Below, in pieces: positions 32,858 through 42,945 of a stretch of DNA of 64,000 nucleotides. This DNA comes from an uncultured Acidobacteriota bacterium (GTDB taxonomy: Bacteria > Acidobacteriota > UBA6911), in NCBI GenBank assembly GCA_963843575.1, contig CAWJKZ010000027.1:64588-128587 (forward strand), written 5' to 3'. The notes beneath the pieces were generated by a model, which saw only the letters and a program-made list of their open reading frames with translations, did not search any database and had not been told where the DNA came from. How positions within the stretch are numbered: position 1 is the stretch's first letter; every line of letters starts with the position of its first letter. The translations under genes and the position numbers were made by a program.

Positions 32858-33820
32858 TCACCCTTCCGATCGGGATGCGGCGCCCGCCGGCACCTCCCGC
32901 GCGATGAGCCCGAGATTTAGCAGCCCTTGCCGCACCTGCTCGTTCTCGGCGGCCCCGAAGGCCTCGAGGGGCTCCGCCAGCACACCGCTGCAGATGCCGA
33001 GCCACGCCAGCGCGCTCTTCAGCCCGCGCAGATAGCTCGATTCCGGTTCACCGAAGCCGTAGATCTCTGCTCCAAGTCGGAGAACCTGCTCGTGTAGAAG
33101 AGCCTTCCCCGGCCCGTCGCCCCCGGTCGCCGCGCGGTAGAGCTTCACGAACAGGGCGGGGCACAGGTTCGCGCCACCGCACACGCCGCCGTGCGCCCCG
33201 GAGGCGAGAGCGTCGGCCAGTAGCATCTCGGGGCCCATGAGCAGGGAAAACGCAGGGTGCCCGCGCAGAAGGCTGCAGACCTTCTTGAAGTAGCCCAGAT
33301 CCCCGGAGCTGTCCTTGAATCCGACCACACCGGGGATCCCTGCCGCACGCGCCACGGTCTCCGGGTCGAAGCTCAACTTGGTGTAGGCCGGCATGTTGTA
33401 GAGAAAGAGCGGCAGGGGCACCTCGGCGGCGAGGCGCCGGACGTAACGGAGCAAACCAGGCTGGCTGAGCGGGAAATAAAAAGGTGGCGCCGCGACCACT
33501 GCCGACGCGCCGGCCTGTCCCGCGGCAGAAGCCAGATCCAGGGATTCGGTGAAGCACGGGTCGGTGATGCCGACCAGCACGGGCACGCGCCCGCCGGCCA
33601 GGGCGCAAACCCTGCCAACCAGTTCATTCCGGAGCCGGCGGCTCAATCCCGGACCTTCGCCCGTGCTCCCAAGGATGAAGACGGCGCTCGCGCCGCCATC
33701 CAGGATGTGCTCCGTCAGTCGCTCCAGCCCGGCGCAGTCCAGGCGCGCCCGGTCCAGCAGCGGGGTGACCATCGGCGGCACTATCCCTCGAAGCAGCGGC
33801 GGGAGTTCGGGTCGTTTCAA
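32858..33820 (-). CDS. Dihydrodipicolinate synthase/N-acetylneuraminate lyase family protein
   Basis: GIVPPMVTP, LGSTGEG, LYNMP, GFKDSSGD. Confidence 0.9.
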   Translation of the reverse strand: MKRPELPPLLRGIVPPMVTPLLDRARLDCAGLERLTEHILDGGASAVFILGSTGEGPGLSRRLRNELVGRVCALAGGRVPVLVGITDPCFTESLDLASAAGQAGASAVVAAPPFYFPLSQPGLLRYVRRLAAEVPLPLFLYNMPAYTKLSFDPETVARAAGIPGVVGFKDSSGDLGYFKKVCSLLRGHPAFSLLMGPEMLLADALASGAHGGVCGGANLCPALFVKLYRAATGGDGPGKALLHEQVLRLGAEIYGFGEPESSYLRGLKSALAWLGICSGVLAEPLEAFGAAENEQVRQGLLNLGLIAREVPAGAASRSEG

Positions 33821-33862
33821 GTCGGCACCTCCCAGTGGCGGAAGAATGATCCTACCTTAAGA

Positions 33863-34031
33863 GGGGACGGACCTGAGCAAGTCTTTGCCCCCCTAGCCTT
33901 TAGGATAAAAAACAGCACCAAAACACCTCTTATTTGCCTGGCATCATTTTCCACGATTTGTGCAAGATACACACCTCGACGTGCGAGGTCGTGGCCAGGG
34001 TTGGACGCCTCGGCCCCAAAAACCTGGGCAA
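33863..34031 (+). repeat. 3'-truncated copy of family A element
   Basis: GGGGACGGACCTGAGCAAG followed by ~170 bp colinear with 34746-34920 (CTTATTTGC, GGCATCATTTTCC, GGTCGTGGC). Confidence 0.8.
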
Positions 34032-34746
34032 CGACCTGCGTTTCCTGGCCGCCTGCCTCATCCTCAGTGCCGCTGCGGCCTTGGCGATCATCGTCCGGCG
34101 TAGTCACCCGGTCGTCTCCTTCGGCTTGATCGCCCTGCTCGCCTCACCTTTGACAGCCTACGTCTTCATGCCGCTCGCCGACGTGGTTGCGGAGCACCGC
34201 GTTTACATTGCAGGACTTGGAATCGCACTGCTCGCGGCATGGTTCGCCAGTTTGAAACCCAGGCAGGGCGCCGTGGTGCTGACCGGCGCCGTGTTGGTTC
34301 TGTCACTCGTCACCTTTGAACGGAACGGGGTCTGGGCATCAAGTGAAACGCTCTGGCGGGACGCGGCGCGAAAATCGCCGCGGCTCGCCAGGCTGTACGT
34401 CAATCTCGGAGTCGCCCTCCAGTCTGACGGCCGTTACGACGAGGCACTCGCCGAATACGAGCACGCTCTGTCGGTCTACCCCGGCCTCGCGCTCGTATAC
34501 TCCAACATCAGTTCCATCTGGCTCCAAAAGGAAGACCTCGACGGGGCCGAGACCCTCCTGAACAAGGCTGTCGAGCTGTCTCCCGGCAGGGTGGGCGCGT
34601 ATGTCAACCTGGCAGGCATCAAGCTGATGCGGCACCAACCCGACGAGGCGTTGCAGATCCTGGACCAGGCCGCGAAATTCGGAAACACAGCGGCACTCGA
34701 GCAGCGGCGCGGTGAGGCGCTCGCCGCCGCGGGCCGCCCACGTTAG
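34032..34746 (+). pseudogene. 5'-truncated TMTC-like membrane/TPR protein
   Basis: AEHRVYI...RNGVW.S...LW.DA..KSP followed by TPRs; the N-terminus is replaced by repeat sequence. Confidence 0.7.
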
Positions 34747-34999
34747 GGGACGGATCAGAGTAAGTTATTGTTTCCCTTGCCTTTACGACAAAAAAAGGCG
34801 CTGACACACCCCTTATTTGCGTTTTTTTGGCATCATTTTCCGCGATTTGCGCAATACACAGATCTCTACGCGCGGGGTCGTGGCAATGGCGGATACCTTC
34901 GGCTCCAAAACACAGGCAAAAATCGCAAATAAGGCCGAATTTTCGGGTCTGAAATTCGTTAAGCAACTATAAACAATAAACTTCTCCAGGTCCGTCCCC
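34746..34999. mobile_element. Complete 254-bp MITE/REPIN-like element (family A)
   Basis: Ends GGGGACGGATC...GGTCCGTCCCC; internal inverted repeat CCTTATTTGCG/CGCAAATAAGG; AT-rich; lies between two convergent TAG stops. Confidence 0.8.
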
Positions 35000-35000
35000 G

Positions 35001-36419
35001 CTACACGTCTTGCGGGACCTGGTAGGGTGCTCGGTAGCCCCGCTCGCCTCCGGCGAGAAGGCGGTTGGCCTCGTCGTCGCCGATAACCATCTGGCTCTCG
35101 GGATCGAACTTGAGGGAGCGCCTCAGCCGGTACGACGCGTTTGCCAGGTGGACCAGGGCGGTCGAGATGTAGCCCTCGTCGATGGGCGCGTTCAGGTTTT
35201 CCTTTTTCCTGCTTCGGACGCAGTCTATGAAATTGCCGTAGTGGTCCCCCGCTGCCTGCCGATGCACGCCTGGTTCCTGCTTCTCCCCCATCCAGGTCTG
35301 GAAGGCGCAGAGGTCCTCGTCGCCGGTCGCGAGGTATCCTTTCGAGCCGTAGAAAATGTCGCCGATAGTGTTGCGGTCGCCCTGGATCGCGCCCATGCCC
35401 GTCGTCGGGATGGGGCCCTGAGGTTTGCCGAAGGCGGTGGAGCCGATGCCCGCCTCGCGATTGGTGATCCAGTGGCGGACCTCCATCTCGAGCAGTTTGC
35501 GTTTGCCGTCCGGCAGGTCGTATTCGAACGCGCAGTTGAGCGTGTTCGGGGTCTCCTGTTCGTCGTCGAACATGAAGTGGCCGCCGGAAGCGGAAACCCG
35601 GTTCGGGAACTTCACCCCGAGTCCCCAGCGCGCGACATCCACCTGGTGAATCCCCTGGTTGCCAAGGTCGCCGTTGCCGTAGTTCCAGTTCCAGTGCCAG
35701 TTGTAGTGGAAGTGGTTCTTGCTGAACGGCAGCAGCTTCGCCGGGCCGGTCCACAGATCGTAATGAACCCCCGCGGGGACGGGCTCCTCCGGCGTGCGGC
35801 CTATCGTGTTCCGCCACTTGAAGCAGAGGCCGCGTGCCATGTAGATCTCCCCGAGCACGCCTTCGCGCATCATGCGCACGGCCTCCTGCAACGCCGGAGC
35901 GGAACGGATCTGGCTCCCGTGCTGGACGATCCGGTTGTATTTCGCGGCCGCTTTGACCAGCTGCTTCCCTTCACACATGTTGTGGCAGCAGGGTTTTTCG
36001 ATGTAGCTGTCTTTCCCGGCCTGGCAGGCCCAAATGCCTATCAGGGCGTGCCAGTGATTGGGCGTCGCGATGGAGATCGCATCGATGGACTTGTCGTCCA
36101 GGAGCCTGCGGACGTCGGTGAAGGTCTTCGGCCTGGGGATGCCCATCTTTTCGATCTCGGGCAGGCGCTGCGCCAGGACGTTTTCGTCCACGTCGCAGAT
36201 GGCCGCGACCTCCACGTTCTTCACCTGACGAAACCCGTTGACGTGGTCCATCCCGCGGCCGTGAACCCCGCAGACCGCCACGCGGATGCGGTCGTTGGCT
36301 CCGAAAACACGCCCGGGATTTGCCATGAAGGCGACGCCGCCATACGCCGCCAGCCCCGCCGCCGATTCCAGCCCGCCCCTGAGAAACTCACGACGCGTAG
36401 TCTCCGACTGTCCGTCCAT
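35001..36419 (-). CDS. Tat-exported Gfo/Idh/MocA oxidoreductase
   Basis: TRREFLR, ANDRIRVAVCG, TPNHWH, YIEKP, GDLGNQGIHQVD. Confidence 0.92.
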   Translation of the reverse strand: MDGQSETTRREFLRGGLESAAGLAAYGGVAFMANPGRVFGANDRIRVAVCGVHGRGMDHVNGFRQVKNVEVAAICDVDENVLAQRLPEIEKMGIPRPKTFTDVRRLLDDKSIDAISIATPNHWHALIGIWACQAGKDSYIEKPCCHNMCEGKQLVKAAAKYNRIVQHGSQIRSAPALQEAVRMMREGVLGEIYMARGLCFKWRNTIGRTPEEPVPAGVHYDLWTGPAKLLPFSKNHFHYNWHWNWNYGNGDLGNQGIHQVDVARWGLGVKFPNRVSASGGHFMFDDEQETPNTLNCAFEYDLPDGKRKLLEMEVRHWITNREAGIGSTAFGKPQGPIPTTGMGAIQGDRNTIGDIFYGSKGYLATGDEDLCAFQTWMGEKQEPGVHRQAAGDHYGNFIDCVRSRKKENLNAPIDEGYISTALVHLANASYRLRRSLKFDPESQMVIGDDEANRLLAGGERGYRAPYQVPQDV

Positions 36420-36466
36420 AGTCGCTCCTTTTGATGCGACCCATTGTACCCCCTTTTTCTCCCGAA

Positions 36467-36489
36467 GTGGGCGGGGGCGACCCGCCCAC
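36467..36489. repeat. REP-like palindrome (family B variant)
   Basis: GTGGGCGGGGGCGACCCGCCCAC. Confidence 0.6.
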
Positions 36490-36545
36490 GCCCCGCGACG
36501 GCTGGAATACCTGGATCCTGAACCACAAGATCGGCCATCGACAAA

Positions 36546-37361
36546 TCAGGGCGCGAGGGAGTCCCGAAGGAACAGGAGCGTGTTCCTGATGATCTGTTTC
36601 GAGCGCGCGTCGTCGTCCAGGACGTCGAAGCCGTGTCGTCCGTCCGGGTGGTTCAACAGGTGAAGTGTCGCGCTCCTGGTCACCGCCGCCTGGACGAAGC
36701 GGTCGATTCCCGCATTCAGCCAGGGAAAGTCCAGGCCTGCCCGAGCAACGAGGATAGGAGGCGCGCTGCGCCCGTCTTCGCCCAGCCCCGAGATTGCAGA
36801 GAAGGTCCGCTGGAGAACGGCATCGATTTCGATGTTGCTGCCCGGTGGAGGTTGCTGCAGGTCCAACGCGGCGTAGTAGGCTACAACCGCGCGAAGCCAA
36901 GCCGGCCGCTCACGCAGGGGTGCGGCGAGGAACGGTCCACCTCCCGAGAATGCCCAGATCGCCAGGCGGCCCGGGTCGATACCCAGCGGGACGGCGTTCC
37001 GGCGGACGTGGGCAACCAGATCCGCTACATCCTGCGCCGCGTCGGTGATCCGGGCATAGGCCACGAATCGGTGATCGAAGGCGACTGCCGCGAATCCAGA
37101 GGCCGCAAGCAGTTCGCCATACGACACGAAAACCCCCATGTTCTTTGCGCCCGTCCGTGGGATCGGCCCGCCGTGAACGAGGATCACCACCGGTCGGGGC
37201 CCCGCGGAATCGTGCGGGGAGTAGAGATCCATCCGGAGCGGCTGTCCCTCGGCCACCTTGTATTCGAGGTCGCGGCGAACGCCGACGGCATCCATCCCGG
37301 GCACGGTTAACACGATCCGCATCCGGACCATCTCTTCCAACTGCGGCAACTTTTTCTCCAC
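36546..37361 (-). CDS. Alpha/beta hydrolase (BD-FAE/esterase-like)
   Basis: MDLYSP, ILVHGG, WAFSGGG, GRHGFD. Confidence 0.85.
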   Translation of the reverse strand: MEKKLPQLEEMVRMRIVLTVPGMDAVGVRRDLEYKVAEGQPLRMDLYSPHDSAGPRPVVILVHGGPIPRTGAKNMGVFVSYGELLAASGFAAVAFDHRFVAYARITDAAQDVADLVAHVRRNAVPLGIDPGRLAIWAFSGGGPFLAAPLRERPAWLRAVVAYYAALDLQQPPPGSNIEIDAVLQRTFSAISGLGEDGRSAPPILVARAGLDFPWLNAGIDRFVQAAVTRSATLHLLNHPDGRHGFDVLDDDARSKQIIRNTLLFLRDSLAP

Positions 37362-37439
37362 GGTTGTTCTCCTTGAATCAATAGAAGCCCGGCATTCTGA
37401 TTATTGCGCTGTGACTCGGCAAATCGCTCAGTATTCTTA

Positions 37440-37600
37440 TGCCCAACGCGGGGGCGCCCACGGAGACCCCGGAGGGCCTCTCGCTGTCGTCGCCTCGGTG
37501 CGCCGGCGGCTCGGGCTGGCGGTGTTCACCAACAGCGCCAACGGCCTTTCCATCATGCTCGAGGTTGTCGAAGCCGCCGTCGGCGGAATACCAGCGCTCC
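37440..37600 (+). pseudogene. Relic of the C-terminus of a serine hydrolase/beta-lactamase family gene
   Basis: HGDPGG...LGLAVFTNSANGLSIM, resembling H.G...G...G.VV.TNS.NG; no N-terminus. Confidence 0.5.
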
Positions 37601-37811
37601 ATAGAAACGGACCTCGACAGAAGTACGCGGCCGAAGGAAGGTCCCTGAGCAGCAGCAAAGCATAGTGGGACGCGGATAGACGCTGGCCGGACTTTTCAGG
37701 ACTCGACCTCTCGAGGGCCCGGAGATCCCGGGAATTGAAATCCCCCACGATTCCCCGTTCTTATCGCGGACGCGGCAATGTAGTATCGGGTTCGCGACAC
37801 GGGAGATCGTC

Positions 37812-38160
37812 ATGATCAGACTGACCTACGCGCCCCTCGCGGCTATCCTGATCCTTCCCTGCCTGGGACTGGCCCGGATTTCGGAGTCTGACGCAACGGC
37901 GCAGCCGGTGGTGAAGGCACGCCGCCTCCCCCTGGGCAGCGTGCGGATCCTGGAGGGGCCGCTCAAGCACGCCCAGGATCTGGATGGGAAGTATCTCCTC
38001 GAGCTTCAGCCCGACCGGATGTACATCTGCACGGGGGCACCGACCGACCGCGCGGCGGCCCGGTTCTTCTGGCACCAAGTCGCACAGCACCATAGCTTCG
38101 CCACGGGGGGGCACGGCAAAAACGAATACTTCGGCCCGGCTGACGGCGCCGGCCGCGCGA
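37812..38160 (+). pseudogene. Internally deleted GH127/GH146-like beta-L-arabinofuranosidase relic
   Basis: Signal peptide and PLGSVRILEGPLKHAQDLD.KYLLEL.PDRM joined directly to Y..TG....AARFFW..V..HHSFATGGHGKNEYFG. Confidence 0.7.
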
Positions 38161-38227
38161 AGGTGAGCGGCATGCAGCCGTTTCCATTCACCGACAGCGC
38201 GGCTTGTCGCAGCAATCGAGGTTCAGG

Positions 38228-39427
38228 ATGGCGAAGAGAAATTGGGTCCTGCTGGTGCTGGTGTCCCTGGCCTATATCGCGTTCGGGCTCGTCACGGCCG
38301 TGATCGGGGTCGTCATCAGCCGCTTCCAGGAGACGTACGGCGTCCCCCTCAGGGTGGCCGCGTTCCTCCCGTTTGCCTTCTACCTGGCCTACGGCCTGTG
38401 CTCGGTCCCCTTCGGGCTGGCGATGGATCGGCGTGGCGGCCGGCCCGTCATGTTGCTCGGCATGCTGCTCATGACGATCGGCTGTTTTCTCTTCTATTTC
38501 AGCGTCAGCTGGTGGCTGATGCTCATCATGGTCTTCCTGATCGGGGTCGGGGTGACCGCGATCCAGACCGCTGGGAATCCCATCATCCGGGACCTCGACG
38601 CCGTCGAACGCTACTCGGGCAATCTCACCCTCATCATCGGGATCGGCGCGTTGGGGTATGCCGTCAGCCCCATCATGGTCCCCTTCTTCGAGCTGAGGGG
38701 ATTCAGCTGGCAATCCGTCTACCTGGTGTTCGCGGGCATCAGCCTCGTGCTCACCGCGCTGCTGGCAGCGGCCCGGTTTCCACCGGCCCGGCCCGTCGAC
38801 GAGGAAAGGGTCAGGAGGGATGCGATCGCGGCACTGCTCAAGGACCCCGTCGTCTCCACCTACGCGCTCGGCATCTTTTTATATGTCGGGGCGGAGGTGG
38901 GCGTTTCGTCCTACATCGTCACATTCATGGAGCGGGTGCACGGGCTGGGCATCCAGGACTCGCTCTGGGCGAGGGATTCGTTCTGGTACGCCGCCTTCCC
39001 CTCCGCCTCCGCCTTGGCCGTGGCGCTTTTCTGGGCGCTGCAGGCCCTGGGCAGGATCGCGATCGGGCCGCTGATGACCCGTGTCAGGCCGAAGACTATT
39101 TTCGTGGCGTGCAGCGCGCTCTGCTGCGCCTCGCTCCTGGCTGCGATGATGGGTCCGTCCCGCGTCGCCCTTGTCTCCTTCGCCCTCTGCGGGCTCTTCA
39201 CCTGCGCCTCGTTCACCCTGATCTTCAGCGGCGCGATCCAGAGCATTCAGACCAATCACGGCACGGTCTCCGGAATCCTCTGCACCGCGGTTGTCGGCGG
39301 CGCCGTCATAGGCGGGTTGGTCGGGGCGGTGGGGGAAGCCTGGGGGATGAAGGCCGGCATGAGCCTCAACCTCGTGGCGTTAGTCTACGTCTTCGCCCTG
39401 GCCCTGTGGGGCCGTGGAAGACTGTAA
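38228..39427 (+). CDS. MFS sugar transporter (FucP/glucose-galactose type)
   Basis: IQTAGNP, IFLYVGAEVG, many TM segments. Confidence 0.85.
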   Translation: MAKRNWVLLVLVSLAYIAFGLVTAVIGVVISRFQETYGVPLRVAAFLPFAFYLAYGLCSVPFGLAMDRRGGRPVMLLGMLLMTIGCFLFYFSVSWWLMLIMVFLIGVGVTAIQTAGNPIIRDLDAVERYSGNLTLIIGIGALGYAVSPIMVPFFELRGFSWQSVYLVFAGISLVLTALLAAARFPPARPVDEERVRRDAIAALLKDPVVSTYALGIFLYVGAEVGVSSYIVTFMERVHGLGIQDSLWARDSFWYAAFPSASALAVALFWALQALGRIAIGPLMTRVRPKTIFVACSALCCASLLAAMMGPSRVALVSFALCGLFTCASFTLIFSGAIQSIQTNHGTVSGILCTAVVGGAVIGGLVGAVGEAWGMKAGMSLNLVALVYVFALALWGRGRL

Positions 39428-39433
39428 CGGAAA

Positions 39434-39500
39434 GTGGGCGGGGGCGGCCCCGCCCCCAATAGTATGCATCGCGAAGCCGCGCCGGGCCGGCGCGGCCCAC
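39434..39500. repeat. REP doublet (family B) between convergent genes
   Basis: GTGGGCGGGGGCGGCCCCGCCCCC...GCCGCGCCGGGCCGGCGCGGCCCAC. Confidence 0.6.
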
Positions 39501-39514
39501 TACTTCCGGCCGCA

Positions 39515-40600
39515 TCACTCGGTGGTGGTCACCTTGGTGGCCGATTCGAAGCGGCCCGCCTCGCGCCCTGCGAGCGCCGACAGCGCAAGCGTTACCATCT
39601 CGACGGGCAGTATCTCCAGGATCGGCCGGACGCTTTCCGGGGCCGCGGGGAGGCGCAGGGCGCGTGCCGTGCCGTCTTCTCCCGCCAGCTCCGCCTGTCC
39701 CTTCCTTTTCCGGACGTCGTCCCGCAGCCTTTTCTGAAGCTCCCGGGTCTTCCGGTTCCCCGAAAACAGCAGCACGAACGCCTCTCCGGTCACGATCTCC
39801 AGCGGCCCGTGCCGGAACGCGGCACTGCTCATCCCCTCGGCCGCGAAGTGATCGGACTCTTTGATGATCAGCCCTCCCGTCCCCACCGCCGCCAGCGACG
39901 CGCCGCGCCCGACGAGGTAGAGATAGCGGACCTGACCGAGCAAGCCGGCCAGGCTTTCGACGTGGGTTTGCCATCGCTTCAGGTATGCCGCGGCGGCGGG
40001 TGCCGCCTCCGCCAGTTCACGCCTCGTCCGGCGCAGGTCTGCGCCGCACAGGACCGCGGATACCCACGTCAGCGCCATCAGTGCGGAGACATACGTCTTG
40101 CAGGAGACGGAGAACTCTTGTCCGGCCCGGGTCAGCACGGCGGCGTCGGAGCGCCGCGCCAGCGGGCTGTCCGGCGTGTTGGTCACGGCCAGCACCGGGG
40201 CTCGGCGGCGGTTGGCCCTGAGCATGGCCACCGTTTCCGCACTCCTCCCGGATTGGGAGACCGCGACGATCAGGTTGCGCCGGTCGAACAGCCGGCGCTG
40301 GTAGTGGATCAGCTCGGAGGTTTCCACCATGACGGCGGCGACTCCCCGGGCTACCAGTTCGAGGTAAATCGGGTGAAGGCCGTGAAACGAGGACCCCATC
40401 CCGGTCAGCACGACCTGGCGAAAACCGCGGCCGTTCAACAGCCGGGCAATCCCCTCGATCGCCCTGGACGGCTCCAGCCCCTCAAGCGTTTCGGACAGCG
40501 CCCGCGGCTGATCGAGGATGTCCTTCCAGTACTCCCCCCGCACGACGTCGATTTCGGGATTCACGGCTCTCTCCGGGTCAAGCGGGGCGGAATCGTTCAT
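39515..40600 (-). CDS. Double SIS-domain sugar-phosphate isomerase/deaminase (GlmS C-terminal/FrlB-like)
   Basis: TGMGSS, VSQSGRSAET, VTN...SPLA, KE...AEG...FRHGP.E. Confidence 0.88.
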   Translation of the reverse strand: MNDSAPLDPERAVNPEIDVVRGEYWKDILDQPRALSETLEGLEPSRAIEGIARLLNGRGFRQVVLTGMGSSFHGLHPIYLELVARGVAAVMVETSELIHYQRRLFDRRNLIVAVSQSGRSAETVAMLRANRRRAPVLAVTNTPDSPLARRSDAAVLTRAGQEFSVSCKTYVSALMALTWVSAVLCGADLRRTRRELAEAAPAAAAYLKRWQTHVESLAGLLGQVRYLYLVGRGASLAAVGTGGLIIKESDHFAAEGMSSAAFRHGPLEIVTGEAFVLLFSGNRKTRELQKRLRDDVRKRKGQAELAGEDGTARALRLPAAPESVRPILEILPVEMVTLALSALAGREAGRFESATKVTTTE

Positions 40601-41507
40601 GCCACACCTGCGCTGCCCCGATCAGCGGGGTGTCTGAACCCAGGGAGGCGGCGGCCACGAGCGTCTTGTCGAACGGGACGAGGCCACAGCTCCCCCGTAT
40701 CACCTCACGTATGCCGGTCCAGAAGAGCGCGGCGCTATCCATTACGCGGCCTCCCAGCACGACGGCATCCGGGGCGAAGAGCGTGATCAGGTTGGCGACG
40801 CCCAGGCCCAGGTAATACGCCTCGCGCTGGACGCACCGGGACGCCAGCTCGTCCCCTTCGCGCGCGAGCGCGCAGATCCGTTCGGCGGTCAGGCCCGCCC
40901 GCCACGGCCAGTCCGGCGGCGCCTGTGCTTCCACCCACCGCACGAGCGCCGGTCCGCCCGCCAGGACCTCCCAGCACCCCCGGGCACCGCAGAAACAACG
41001 CGGGCCGGAGGGGTCGATCACGTGGTGGCCGATTTCGGGGTGCGACTGATCCACACCCCTGTAGAGCCTGCCGGAGAGTATGATCCCGCCGCCGATCCCG
41101 GTCCCCACCGTGACGTAGATAAACCGCTGTTTCCCTTTGCCTGCGCCCCAGTGAAACTCCGCGAGGGCTGCCGCATCGGCGTCATTCTCCATCGCGACGG
41201 GCACGCCGAATGCCCCGGAGAGGTCGGCGACCGGGTTCGCCCCCCGCCAGCCCGGGAGGAAGTCGACGTCTCCGATGGCGCCCGAAAACGGGTCGACCGG
41301 ACCGGTGCAGCCGATGCCGACGCCGTCCACCGTGACACCCGCCCCCTGCGCGCAACGCCGCAGCATGTCCACGATGCGGCGAAGCGCGTCCGCGTAGCCC
41401 TTCCCGGCCTCGGTCGGGCAATCGTGGCGCGCGACGACAGTGCCCCCGTCGTCCACGACGCCCGCAGCGATCTTCGTCCCGCCAACATCCACCGCCCCGA
41501 CCAACAT
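40578..41507 (-). CDS. ROK family sugar kinase
   Basis: DVGGTKI, ENDADAAALAE, GTGIGGG, EIGH...CFCGARGCWE. Confidence 0.9.
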   Translation of the reverse strand: MLVGAVDVGGTKIAAGVVDDGGTVVARHDCPTEAGKGYADALRRIVDMLRRCAQGAGVTVDGVGIGCTGPVDPFSGAIGDVDFLPGWRGANPVADLSGAFGVPVAMENDADAAALAEFHWGAGKGKQRFIYVTVGTGIGGGIILSGRLYRGVDQSHPEIGHHVIDPSGPRCFCGARGCWEVLAGGPALVRWVEAQAPPDWPWRAGLTAERICALAREGDELASRCVQREAYYLGLGVANLITLFAPDAVVLGGRVMDSAALFWTGIREVIRGSCGLVPFDKTLVAAASLGSDTPLIGAAQVWHERFRPA

Positions 41508-41559
41508 TCGTCCCCTTCCGCGGAAAACACATATTACGTCATACCCACCAAGGGTGGAA

Positions 41560-41580
41560 GTGGGCCGCGGCGCGGCCCAC
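41560..41580. repeat. REP-like palindrome (family B)
   Basis: GTGGGCCGCGGCGCGGCCCAC. Confidence 0.7.
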
Positions 41581-41624
41581 ACGGCGCCTTGAGTCTGCGG
41601 GGGGCCGGAGGTATCGTGGGGTGC

Positions 41625-42650
41625 ATGAGGCAAGCCGTGATGACTCGGCCGGGGATCATTGAGTTGCGGGAGGTGGCGCCGCCTGCCCCGCCTGGGTCTT
41701 GCGAGATCCTGGTGCGGGTGCGATGCATCGGCGTCTGCGGCTCGGACATCCACGTCTGGCACGGAAAGCATCCGTTCACCTCCTACCCGGTGGTCCAGGG
41801 ACACGAGTACAGCGCCACCGTCGAGGCAGTCGGCCCCGGGGTCACGGACATCCGCGTGGGCATGAAAGTCACCGCCCGTCCACAGGTGGCCTGCGGCGCC
41901 TGTGCCCCCTGTCGCAGGGGTGACTACCACATCTGCAACAACCTGAAGGTCCAGGGATTTCAGGCGCCGGGATGCGCGCAGGATCTCTTCGTCGTCCCGC
42001 AGAACAGGATCATCCCGCTGCCGGAGAGCCTCACCTTCGAACAAGGGGCTTTGATCGAACCCCTGGCCGTGGCGGCCCACGCCACCGGCCGGGCGGGGGA
42101 CATGCACGATCGCAACGTGCTGGTGCTGGGAGCGGGCACCATCGGCAACCTCGTGGCACAGGCGGCGCGCTGCAGGGGAGCAGGGAAGGTCCTCGTGACC
42201 GATACCAGCAGCTTCCGCCTCGAGAAGGCGCTCGCGTGCGGGGCCGACGCCGTCTGCAACGTAGCGGGCGAAAGCCTGTCAACCGCCGCTCGGAAGGTCT
42301 TCCGATCGGAGGGCATCGATGTTGCCTTCGAAGCAGCCGGTGCCGAATCCGCGCTGGACGACGCCGTCCAGAACCTGAAAAAGGGTGGCACGATTCTGGT
42401 TCTTGGGGTCTTCGCCGAGCGCCCGCGGGTGGACATGGCTGCCGTGGGGGACCGGGAACTGAACCTGGTTGGTTCCCTAATGTACAAGCACGAGGACTAT
42501 CAACAGGCCGTAGGGTGGATCACCAAACACGCGGTGAACACGGAGCCCTTGATCACCCGTCATTTCCCCCTCGAGCGCTACGCGGACGCCTATCGCTACC
42601 TCGAAGCGCAGGGCGACAAGACCCTGAAGGTGATGATTGATGTTAATTGA
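41625..42650 (+). CDS. Zn-dependent polyol/alcohol dehydrogenase (MDR family)
   Basis: GVCGSDIH, GHE, CGACAPCRRGDYHIC, GAGTIG. Confidence 0.92.
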   Translation: MRQAVMTRPGIIELREVAPPAPPGSCEILVRVRCIGVCGSDIHVWHGKHPFTSYPVVQGHEYSATVEAVGPGVTDIRVGMKVTARPQVACGACAPCRRGDYHICNNLKVQGFQAPGCAQDLFVVPQNRIIPLPESLTFEQGALIEPLAVAAHATGRAGDMHDRNVLVLGAGTIGNLVAQAARCRGAGKVLVTDTSSFRLEKALACGADAVCNVAGESLSTAARKVFRSEGIDVAFEAAGAESALDDAVQNLKKGGTILVLGVFAERPRVDMAAVGDRELNLVGSLMYKHEDYQQAVGWITKHAVNTEPLITRHFPLERYADAYRYLEAQGDKTLKVMIDVN

Positions 42651-42693
42651 GCCGCGTGTCCCTGTGGCAGCGCTTGGAACGGCTGCAGGCCCG

Positions 42694-42945
42694 TTAACCT
42701 GCCCCCGTGATGTACAGGATGCGGGCGACGGCCCACGAAAGGGAGAGCACGATCGTGCCCAGCAGCAGGACTGGTTCGAGCACGCGCGTGTATATCCTGG
42801 TCACCCGAACCCGCGCTCGGCCCGGCGCACTTCGCCCGCGGTGAAGGAGCGCGCACGCTTCCCTGCGCACGCGGTCGGCGGCTTCGGGCCTCGCATCGAC
42901 GCGGGGCAGGTGCGCAACCAGGTCCCCAATGTCGTAACTCATCAC
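42694..42945 (-). CDS. Small single-TM protein, putative anti-sigma factor
   Basis: Overlaps the ECF sigma stop codon; C-terminal TM helix. Confidence 0.55.
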   Translation of the reverse strand: MMSYDIGDLVAHLPRVDARPEAADRVRREACALLHRGRSAPGRARVRVTRIYTRVLEPVLLLGTIVLSLSWAVARILYITGAG

